Notes under the pieces: generated by a model
What the model was told of the DNA's origin: nothing
The model's database searches: none
Seen by the model: only the letters and a program-made list of their open reading frames with translations
Program-made: the position numbers and the translations under genes
In this document: positions 40,347 through 48,874 of the stretch, in pieces
How positions within the stretch are numbered: position 1 is the stretch's first letter
Layout of the letters: each line of letters opens with the position of its first letter
Assembly (NCBI GenBank): GCA_963705505.1
Contig: CAVPJU010000010.1
Span: 224,001-288,000, forward strand
Length of the DNA: 64,000 bases
Origin: an uncultured bacterium
GTDB taxonomy: Bacteria > Desulfobacterota_D > UBA1144 > Nemesobacterales > UBA2774
Direction of reading: 5' to 3'

Positions 40347-43031
40347 ATGGATGAAGGCACGGATAAAAAGAAAGGGACAGTCAGCCCCGAAGAAGCAGAA
40401 AACAGGGAATGGATCGAATCCCTCGACTACGTCCTTAAGACGAGCGGCCCTGAACGTGTAAGCAAGCTCATCAAAATCCTTCAGATACACGCCCAGAAAA
40501 AGGGCGTCAGGCTCCATTTCACAGCCAACACGCCCTACATCAACACTATCCCCGCCGAGATGCAGCCCCCGTATCCCGGCGACCAGGCTATAGAGTGGAA
40601 CATACGGAGCCTCATCCGATGGAACGCTATGGCCATGGTCGTGCGGGCGAACAGGCTCGAGGAGGGGATAGGGGGTCACATATCAACTTTTGCTTCCGCG
40701 GCGGCACTTTACGAAGTAGCTTTCAACCATTTTCTCAGGGCTAAAAACGGGAACTTTGAGGGGGATATAGTCTATTTCCAGGGTCACGGCGCCCCCGGTG
40801 TCTATTCGAGGGCGTTTCTCGAAGGGCGGCTCACAATAGAAAACCTGCAAAACTTCAGGCGGGAGCTCCAGCCGGAGGGAGGGCTTCCGTCCTACCCCCA
40901 CCCGTGGCTGATGCCGGGATTCTGGCAATACCCCACCGTTTCCATGGGGCTTAGCCCCATAATGGCAATCTACCAGGCCCGTTTCAGCCGCTATCTGGAA
41001 GACCGGGGATTCAAGGAACCCACCGATTCCAAGGTCTGGGCGTTCCTCGGTGACGGCGAATGTGACGAGCCCGAAGCCCTCGGCGCGATCACGCTCGCAT
41101 CGAGAGAAAAGCTCGACAACCTCATTTTCGTCGTCAACTGCAATCTCCAGCGCCTGGACGGCCCGGTGAGGGGCAACGGCAAGATAATACAGGAGCTCGA
41201 GGCTATATTCAGGGGCGCGGGCTGGAATGTCATTAAAGTCATCTGGGGCAGCAACTGGGACCCCTTGCTCGCAAAGGACAAGGACGGGATACTCGTCAAG
41301 AGGATGGGCGAGGTCGTCGACGGCGAGTTCCAGAAATACACGGTCGAATCCGGCGATTATATACGCAAGCACTTTTTCGGGACGGACCCGAGACTCCTCG
41401 AGATGGTAAAAGACCTCACGGACGAGCAATTGGAGAAACTGAGGCGGGGAGGGCACGACCCGGAGAAGATCTATCCCGCATACAAAGCGGCAGTGGAGAA
41501 TAGAGGCTCTCCTACCGTAATACTCGCCAAGACGGTAAAGGGTTACGGTCTCGGCGAAGCGGGAGAGGGCAGGAACATCACTCACCAGCAGAAGAAGCTC
41601 AACGAGGACGAGCTCAAAGAATTCAGGACGAGGTTCAGCATCCCTATATCCGACGAGGAAGTCGTGCGGGCGCCCTTTTACAAACCGCCCGACGACAGCC
41701 CGGAAATAAAATATCTGCAGGAGCGGAGGCGCGAGCTGGGCGGCTATCTGCCGAAGCGGGAAGTCAACTGCGAGCCGCTCGAACCCCCTTCGGAATCGAT
41801 ATTCGAGGAGTTCTACAAAGGCTCGCGAGGAAGACCCGCGGCGACCACCATGGCGATCGTGCGCATGCTCTCGAAGATGCTTAAAGATGAGAACATCGGG
41901 AAATTCATCGTCCCTATAGTGCCCGACGAAGCCCGCACGTTCGGAATGGAGTCCCTGTTCAGACAGGTGGGCATATACTCCCACGCCGGTCAGCTCTACG
42001 AGCCTGTGGACGCGGAGACGCTGTTATTCTACAAAGAGGCCAAAGACGGACAGATACTCGAAGAGGGGATAACCGAGGCAGGCTCCATGTCCTCCTTCAT
42101 AGCGGCCGGCACGGCGTACGCCACGCACGGGATCAACATGATCCCGTTCTTCATTTTTTACTCGATGTTCGGCTTCCAGAGGATAGGTGACCTCGTCTGG
42201 GCCGCGGGCGATTCGAGGGCAAAGGGTTTCATGGTCGGAGGCACCGCGGGGAGGACGACCCTTGCGGGCGAGGGCCTCCAGCACCAGGACGGCCACAGCC
42301 ACCTCCTCGCATACCCGGTCCCCAATCTCAAGTCATACGACCCGGCATACGCATACGAGATAGCCGTCATCCTTCAGGAAGGCATAAGGCGTATGTATAT
42401 AAACCAGGAGAACATTTTCTACTACCTCACGGTCATGAACGAGCCTTACGAGCAGCCGCCCATGCCCGAGGGCTCAAGAGAGGGGATACTGAGGGGGATG
42501 TATAAATTCAGGGCGTCCGGGCTCAGGGACGCCGAACTCCACGCGCAGCTCTTCGGAAGCGGCACTATTCTGAATGAAGTGCTGAAGGCTCAGGATGTGC
42601 TCGGGGAAAAATACGGAGTCGCGGCGGATGTGTGGAGCGTGACGAGCTACAAGGAGCTCTACAGGGACGGCTGTGAGGATGAGCGGTGGAACATGCTCCA
42701 TCCTTCCGAGATAAGGAGAGTCCCGTATATAACACAGTGCATCAAGGACGCCCCGGGCGTTTTCGTAGCGGCGTCCGATTACGTGATGGCCCTTCCCGAT
42801 TCGATCTCGCAGTGGCTCCCGCGCCCCCTCGTTTCGCTCGGCACCGACGGCTTCGGCAGGAGCGGAAGCCGGAAGGCGCTGAGAGACTTTTTCGAAGTGG
42901 ACTGGAGATACATTACGCTCGCAGTGCTCGCTTCATTGACGTGGGAAAACAAGATCGGTACGGATACCGTCGAGAAAGCCATAAAGGACCTCGACATCAA
43001 TCCGGGAAAAGCCAACCCTCTGATATCTTAG
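40347..43031 (+). CDS. aceE: Pyruvate dehydrogenase E1, homodimeric type
   Basis: TPYINTIP, GGHIST, PTVSMGL, LGDGECDE (TPP motif), NCNLQRLDGPVRGN and GEGLQHQDGHS. Confidence 0.97.
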   Translation: MDEGTDKKKGTVSPEEAENREWIESLDYVLKTSGPERVSKLIKILQIHAQKKGVRLHFTANTPYINTIPAEMQPPYPGDQAIEWNIRSLIRWNAMAMVVRANRLEEGIGGHISTFASAAALYEVAFNHFLRAKNGNFEGDIVYFQGHGAPGVYSRAFLEGRLTIENLQNFRRELQPEGGLPSYPHPWLMPGFWQYPTVSMGLSPIMAIYQARFSRYLEDRGFKEPTDSKVWAFLGDGECDEPEALGAITLASREKLDNLIFVVNCNLQRLDGPVRGNGKIIQELEAIFRGAGWNVIKVIWGSNWDPLLAKDKDGILVKRMGEVVDGEFQKYTVESGDYIRKHFFGTDPRLLEMVKDLTDEQLEKLRRGGHDPEKIYPAYKAAVENRGSPTVILAKTVKGYGLGEAGEGRNITHQQKKLNEDELKEFRTRFSIPISDEEVVRAPFYKPPDDSPEIKYLQERRRELGGYLPKREVNCEPLEPPSESIFEEFYKGSRGRPAATTMAIVRMLSKMLKDENIGKFIVPIVPDEARTFGMESLFRQVGIYSHAGQLYEPVDAETLLFYKEAKDGQILEEGITEAGSMSSFIAAGTAYATHGINMIPFFIFYSMFGFQRIGDLVWAAGDSRAKGFMVGGTAGRTTLAGEGLQHQDGHSHLLAYPVPNLKSYDPAYAYEIAVILQEGIRRMYINQENIFYYLTVMNEPYEQPPMPEGSREGILRGMYKFRASGLRDAELHAQLFGSGTILNEVLKAQDVLGEKYGVAADVWSVTSYKELYRDGCEDERWNMLHPSEIRRVPYITQCIKDAPGVFVAASDYVMALPDSISQWLPRPLVSLGTDGFGRSGSRKALRDFFEVDWRYITLAVLASLTWENKIGTDTVEKAIKDLDINPGKANPLIS

Positions 43032-43111
43032 CCCGGACCGATACAAATGAGCTGAGAATCCGGGCCGTAATATGTTAAAACAATAGGGATAGAAATAAGA
43101 GGCGGGACGAA

Positions 43112-44504
43112 ATGACAATCGAATTCAAGCTGCCGGACCTCGGGGAAGATATAGAAACAGGGGACGTGGTCAGAGTATATGTATCCCCGGGGGATAGGGT
43201 TGCACAAGAGCAGGCTCTGATGGAGCTCGAGACCGATAAGGCGGCGCTCGAAATACCTTCGCCCGCAGCAGGCGTGATCAAAGAAGTCCACGTAAAGGAA
43301 GGGGATACGATAAAGATAGGACAGCTCCTCGTCACCATAGACGACGGCACGGGCGCGGAGCCTGTAAAAGCAAAGGTTAAAGAAGCAGTCCGAGGAAAAA
43401 GAGGGCAGCGCTCAGAAAAAAGAAACGGAACCCGCGGCAAAACCGGAAGAAAAAAAGGCCAGGGGCACCGTCAGGGTAGAGCCCGAAGAGAGGCCGGTTG
43501 TTAAAGCGGCGAAAGAGCAAAAGAAAGAACCCGCAGCAGAAGCAGGTCTGATTCCAGAAGGTGAAAAGGGGCCAGCCCCACTAAAAATCGTACCGGCTTC
43601 GCCGACTGTGAGAAGGCGCGCTCGCGAGCTTGGGATCGATATAACGAAGGTCAAAGGCTCGGGACCCGGAGGACGTATTACGGAAGAGGACCTCAAGGCT
43701 TCCGGGAAGAAGGCAGCGCCGGAAAAAGAGAAGCCGAAGCCGGAACCTGAGCCTATCGAAGAAAAAGCTGCCCCGGCAGGAACCGCCCCTTCCGCCGACA
43801 AGTGGGGCGAGACAGAGCGCGTCGGGATGTCCAGGGTAAGGAGGCTCACCGCGGAGCGCTTGAGCGAGTCCTGGAAAGCCCCTCACGTCACTCAGCACGA
43901 TAAGGCGGATATTACGGAAGTCGATAAGCTGAGGAAGCAGTACGGCAAGGAGGTGGAGAGCCTGGGGGGGAAGCTGACGATGACCTCTATAATATTAAAG
44001 GCCGTTTCATCGGCGCTCAAGTTATTCCCGCAGTTTAACGCAAGTATCGATATGGAAAACGGCGAGATCATATACAGGAAATACTACAACATCGGAATCG
44101 CAGTCGATACCGACAGGGGGCTGCTCGTACCGGTGATAAAGGACGCGGACAAGAAGAATATCGAAGAGCTGTCCGTCGACCTGAGCGTGCTGTCTGAGAA
44201 AGCGAGGACGAAGAAAATATCCGTCGAGGAGCTACAGGGGGGGACGTTCACGATAAGCAATCTCGGCGGGATCGGAGGGACATACTTCACGCCCGTGATA
44301 AATTCCCCGGAGGTCGCGATACTGGGCATATCCCGCGCGTCGGTCGAGGCCGTCTATATAGACGGACAATTCCAGCCGCGGCTAATGCTCCCGCTCTCCC
44401 TTTCATACGACCACCGTCTCATAGACGGAGCTGACGCGGTGAGGTTCCTCAGATGGGTCGTCGAGGCGCTCGAAGAGCCCTTCAAGCTTTCGCTCGAAGG
44501 GTGA
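43112..44504 (+). CDS. aceF: Dihydrolipoamide acetyltransferase E2, broken by a +1 frameshift in the linker (~43368-43390)
   Basis: Lipoyl domain LETDKA, E3-binding ASPTVRRRARELGIDI and catalytic SYDHRLIDGA; the two ORFs are offset by one base. Confidence 0.93.
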
Positions 44505-44561
44505 CGCGCGCAATCAAATAAAACGAGCCGGATATCCGGGCTCGCTTAAGAACTTAAGAAC

Positions 44562-45983
44562 ATGGCGGAAGAAAAAACAACACAGGTAGCCGTTATAGGC
44601 GCGGGTCCCGGAGGTTATCCGGCTGCGTTTCTCGCGGCTGATCTCGGACTCGAAGTTACGCTGATAGACCCGGAAAAGAACCCCGGCGGCGTGTGCCTCT
44701 ACAGGGGATGCATACCGTCGAAGGCCCTTCTACACGCGGCTCAAGTTATAACCGAGGCCCGGCATTCTTCGCGAATGGGCATCGAGTTCGAGAAGCCCGG
44801 AATCGATATCGACAGGCTGAGAGAGTGGAAAAACGAAGTGGTGGAGAAACTGGTCGGTGGTCTCGGTCAGCTGACGAAACAGAGGAAAATAACACATATA
44901 CAGGGAAGGGCCAGGTTCCTCGATCGGCAGAGCCTCGAAATAAAAACGAACGGCGGAACTAGAGAGGTATTAAAATTTGAAAACGCCGTGATAGCGACGG
45001 GCTCGCGTCCTGCATTAATCCCCGGCCTCGATACACCTCCCGGTATCCTCGATTCCACCTCCGCGCTCGACCTCCCCGGAATACCGAAAACTATGCTCAT
45101 AGTCGGGGGAGGGTATATAGGGCTTGAGCTGGGGACGGTCTACGCAGCCCTGGGGACGGAGGTATCGGTCGTAGAGATGACTTCGGGCCTGATGCCGGGT
45201 GTGGACAGGGACCTCGTCAGGGTGCTTCAAAAAAGGTCGGAGGGAATATACAAGGCCATCATGCTCGATACCAGGGTCATCGGGTTGAAGGAAATCGGGA
45301 ACGGGACGATAGTCGAGCTCGAGAGGGGAGGGGAGGAAAAGCTGGAGATGGTATTCGACAAGGTGCTCGTCTCAGTGGGCAGGAAGCCCAACAGCGAGGG
45401 CCTCGGCCTCGAGAATACGAATGTCGAAACAGACTCAAAAGGCTTTATAAAAGTGAATGAGGAAAGGCGGACCACGGAGCCGAATATATTCGCTATCGGC
45501 GACGTAGCGGGCGAGCCGATGCTCGCGCACAAGGCCACGCACGAGGGGCGGGTCGTCGCGGAAATACTCGCCGGGAAAAAGTCGGCGTTTATGCCGAACG
45601 CTATTCCCGCAGTGGTGTTTACAGACCCCGAGATAGCATGGTGCGGACTCACGGAAACGGAAGCGAAGGAAAAAAGGATACCGATAACGGTCGCAAGGTT
45701 CCCCTGGGGCGCGTCCGGAAGGGCCGCAACACTCGACAGACAGGACGGCGCGACGAAGCTCATAGCAGACCCTGAAACGGGACGCGTGCTCGGCGTAGGC
45801 ATAGTCGGACCGGGCGCGGGAGAGCTTATCGCGGAAGGGGTGCTCGCGGTCGAAATGGGAGCGCTCGCCTCCGACATTGCGCTCAGCATACATCCGCATC
45901 CTACCCTGTCGGAGACCCTGATGGAGGCCGCGGAAGCATTCGACGGTCAAAGCACGCACATTTACAGACCCGGAAAAAAATAG
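44562..45983 (+). CDS. lpdA: Dihydrolipoyl dehydrogenase (copy 2, PDH operon)
   Basis: IGAGPGG, GGVCLYRGCIPSK, MLAHKA and HPHPTLSE. Confidence 0.96.
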   Translation: MAEEKTTQVAVIGAGPGGYPAAFLAADLGLEVTLIDPEKNPGGVCLYRGCIPSKALLHAAQVITEARHSSRMGIEFEKPGIDIDRLREWKNEVVEKLVGGLGQLTKQRKITHIQGRARFLDRQSLEIKTNGGTREVLKFENAVIATGSRPALIPGLDTPPGILDSTSALDLPGIPKTMLIVGGGYIGLELGTVYAALGTEVSVVEMTSGLMPGVDRDLVRVLQKRSEGIYKAIMLDTRVIGLKEIGNGTIVELERGGEEKLEMVFDKVLVSVGRKPNSEGLGLENTNVETDSKGFIKVNEERRTTEPNIFAIGDVAGEPMLAHKATHEGRVVAEILAGKKSAFMPNAIPAVVFTDPEIAWCGLTETEAKEKRIPITVARFPWGASGRAATLDRQDGATKLIADPETGRVLGVGIVGPGAGELIAEGVLAVEMGALASDIALSIHPHPTLSETLMEAAEAFDGQSTHIYRPGKK

Positions 45984-46008
45984 CGGAGCCAATGGAGATG
46001 AGACGGTA

Positions 46009-47511
46009 ATGAACGCGGAAGCCCAGGAAGATAAAAAGCCCGAGACTGAATTAGCCCGTCTCAGGGTTATCACCGAGAAATCCTATTTAAAAGCCGCGAT
46101 TGATCTGGTCACCGACATCGCCGGGGCAAGCGGGATCGGCGTTAAAGACGCTCAGAACCTCGACAAGGTGCTCGCCGATATATTCGATAATATAGTGAAA
46201 TACGGTTTTGAAGGCGACAGGCATAAACCAATAGACGTCATCGTATCGAGGCGTCTCCATTCCCTCGTCGTCGCTGTGGAAGACAAGGGCCTCCCCTTCG
46301 ATTACGACAAGCTCGAGTGCGGCGAGGAAAAGAGGTTTCAATCCTACATCTCGAAGCACTATGCAGACGAGGTCCATTTTTCAACCCTTGGCGCCGGCGG
46401 GAACAGGACCGAAGTCGTCAAGAATCTCCCCGCATCCGACATCCGCAATGAAATGGACATATCGGAGCACCACGAACACCTAAAAGCCGCTGAGGCTTCT
46501 CCCGATGAAGAGATCGCGATAGGGATGCTCGACACCGGGAAGATCCACGAGCTCGTGCGCCTCGTTTACAAGTGCTACGGCTATACGTATGCGAACGAAT
46601 TCATGTATTACCCGGAGCAGATCGAAGCCAGGCTCAGTTCCGGGACCATGCTTTCGGCCGCGGCTTATAACAGCAGGAATGAAATCATCGGGCACGTAGG
46701 GTTCATATTCAGCAAGCCGGGCGCGAGGGTCGCGGAGTCGGGTGAAGCCATAGTCGACCCGCGCTACAGAGGCAGGGGCATATTCCAGAAAATGAAAAAT
46801 TATCTGATGGACTACGTGGCTTCGATGAAAGTGGTCGGCATTTACGGGGAAGCCGTCACCGTCCACCCGTACAGTCAGAAGGGGAGCATCGAGTTGGGCG
46901 GCAGGGAGACGGGGTTCCTGCTCGGATACAGCCCCGGCACGGTCTCTTTCCATAACATTTCAGAGAACGAAAGACCGAGGCGTCAGTCAGTCGCCATGAT
47001 GTTCACGCCCGTCACGAAAAGCGGATCCGAGACCTCCTACGTGCCTCACGTTTACAGGGAGCTGATCGGGGGTATATACGAGAGAACGGGCTTCATGAGG
47101 AATCTGTCTCCGGAGGATGAGGGACCGGGATTCAGAGGAAGGCAGAACGGCCGGACGACCGTATCGATAAGGCACGACCACAACCAGGCGCTCATTCAGA
47201 TCGACCGGGTCGGCAGGATGACGTTAAAGGAAATACGCTTTCAGTGGAAGCACCTCGCGCTCGAGCGTTTCGATTGTATATACGTCGATCTGCCTCTCAG
47301 GCAAAAGGGGGCGGGCTACGTCGCCTCCGAGCTGCGCAAGTCCGGGTTTTTCTTCGGGTGCGTTATCCCCGAATACAGGGACGGGGACATACTGAGGCTC
47401 CAGTACCTGAACAACGTCGAGATATCGAGGGACGATATAAAGACCGCGTCTGACTTCGGGGAGCGTCTCCTCGGCACTATCTTCGAGGACATGTCCGAGG
47501 TCAGCTCGTAG
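46009..47511 (+). CDS. RsbW-like HATPase domain fused to a GNAT-like acetyltransferase domain
   Basis: FDNIVKYG, VEDKGLPFD and GNR in the N-terminal part; VDPRYRGRGIF (GNAT acetyl-CoA motif A) centrally. Confidence 0.75.
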   Translation: MNAEAQEDKKPETELARLRVITEKSYLKAAIDLVTDIAGASGIGVKDAQNLDKVLADIFDNIVKYGFEGDRHKPIDVIVSRRLHSLVVAVEDKGLPFDYDKLECGEEKRFQSYISKHYADEVHFSTLGAGGNRTEVVKNLPASDIRNEMDISEHHEHLKAAEASPDEEIAIGMLDTGKIHELVRLVYKCYGYTYANEFMYYPEQIEARLSSGTMLSAAAYNSRNEIIGHVGFIFSKPGARVAESGEAIVDPRYRGRGIFQKMKNYLMDYVASMKVVGIYGEAVTVHPYSQKGSIELGGRETGFLLGYSPGTVSFHNISENERPRRQSVAMMFTPVTKSGSETSYVPHVYRELIGGIYERTGFMRNLSPEDEGPGFRGRQNGRTTVSIRHDHNQALIQIDRVGRMTLKEIRFQWKHLALERFDCIYVDLPLRQKGAGYVASELRKSGFFFGCVIPEYRDGDILRLQYLNNVEISRDDIKTASDFGERLLGTIFEDMSEVSS

Positions 47512-47541
47512 AATAATCCGGCAGCGGATATGCGGAGTGCT

Positions 47542-48255
47542 TCACGACTTCCCGTAAACGGGTATCGCCGCGCCGCTTACCGCGCGGGCGTCGTCCGAGC
47601 ATAGGAACGCGATGACCTTGCCTACGTCCCGGGGATCCACCCATTTTGTAAAGTCAGCGTCCGGCATGCTCTTTCTGTTGGCCGGTGTGTCCATAGTGCC
47701 GGGGATTATCGCGTTGACGTTGATATTGTGCTCTCGGAGTTCCTCGGCCATCGACTGTGTGAGGTTCAGCACTCCGGCCTTTGAAGCGCCGTACGCCGAA
47801 AGGTTAGGTGAGCCCTTGAGCGCCGGGCGCGAGGCTATGTTTACGATACTGCCGCGGCCCTGCTTCGTCATGTGAGGAACGACACCCTTCGAGCAGAGGA
47901 AAGCGGATCTGAGGTTCATGTTCATCATCCTGTCCCACGTCTCCTCGTCCGTGTCCGCGACAGGGGACTGCGCAAACCCGCCGACTACGTTTACGAGAAT
48001 ATCTATACGGGAGAACTTCTCTATAGTTTTTGTCACCACGTTCGAGACATTGGACGCCTTCGTCACATCCGCCTTGCCGAATGCTATCCTGGACTTATAC
48101 TCTTCACGCAGACTCACGCACCCTTTTAACTCTTCCTCATCGATGTAGGTGCTCAACACACACGCACCTTGTCCGAGGAACACATTTACCACGGCTTTTC
48201 CGAGCCCTCCGGTTCCGCCTGTTATGATCGCGACCTTGTCTTTTAACTGTTTCAT
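47542..48255 (-). CDS. Short-chain dehydrogenase/reductase
   Basis: TGGTGGLG and YGASK. Confidence 0.92.
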   Translation of the reverse strand: MKQLKDKVAIITGGTGGLGKAVVNVFLGQGACVLSTYIDEEELKGCVSLREEYKSRIAFGKADVTKASNVSNVVTKTIEKFSRIDILVNVVGGFAQSPVADTDEETWDRMMNMNLRSAFLCSKGVVPHMTKQGRGSIVNIASRPALKGSPNLSAYGASKAGVLNLTQSMAEELREHNINVNAIIPGTMDTPANRKSMPDADFTKWVDPRDVGKVIAFLCSDDARAVSGAAIPVYGKS

Positions 48256-48332
48256 TCCCGCCCCCTGGTTTTATGCCGATAATTATCCTTCCACAAGCCT
48301 TCCAAATCAATATATGCTTATGAAAGACGGTC

Positions 48333-48362
48333 TTGACATTCTCACCGGACTGAAAATACAAT
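48333..48362 (+). promoter_or_regulatory. Putative sigma-70 promoter
   Basis: TTGACA-N18-TACAAT upstream of the 48396 ORF. Confidence 0.55.
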
Positions 48363-48395
48363 AGAGTTGCATTACCCCCCGCGCGAGAGAGGTAT

Positions 48396-48734
48396 ATGGA
48401 GTTATTCATTTCGATGAAGGCGGAAACCATCAACAAGGGCATTTATTTTCAGGAGAGCAATATCATGCAAATGCCCACCGCCCAATCCAAGGGTTATTTC
48501 ATAGCCGAATTCAGGGAAGGGAGCGATGAGAAACTCAGGCTTCTGAAAAAATACGTGGATATTCTCAGGAGTAAGCTCGAAGGTGATGATGAATTTCATA
48601 TAGAAGACACCCATATAGGATTCAAGCTCCTGAAAAAGGTCGAAGAGGATAAGGAATACATGGAGGTCTGGGCGGAATGGGTAATATTTTCGCGGAACCT
48701 CCTGAGGGATCTGGAGGAAATAGTCGATATGTAG
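48396..48734 (+). CDS. Hypothetical protein
   Basis: GAGGT RBS, upstream promoter, fills the intergenic gap. Confidence 0.65.
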   Translation: MELFISMKAETINKGIYFQESNIMQMPTAQSKGYFIAEFREGSDEKLRLLKKYVDILRSKLEGDDEFHIEDTHIGFKLLKKVEEDKEYMEVWAEWVIFSRNLLRDLEEIVDM

Positions 48735-48874
48735 GGCCCCGGCTTGCATTTCCCCGCATCTAAGCTAATATTTTTCTTCAACTCGAAGTTGAAAATTATA
48801 TTCTATCCATCTCTATCGATTGAATATTATCCCGAATAGTATAGCTTTTGCCCGTTAAGGAGAAATGGCACCCG

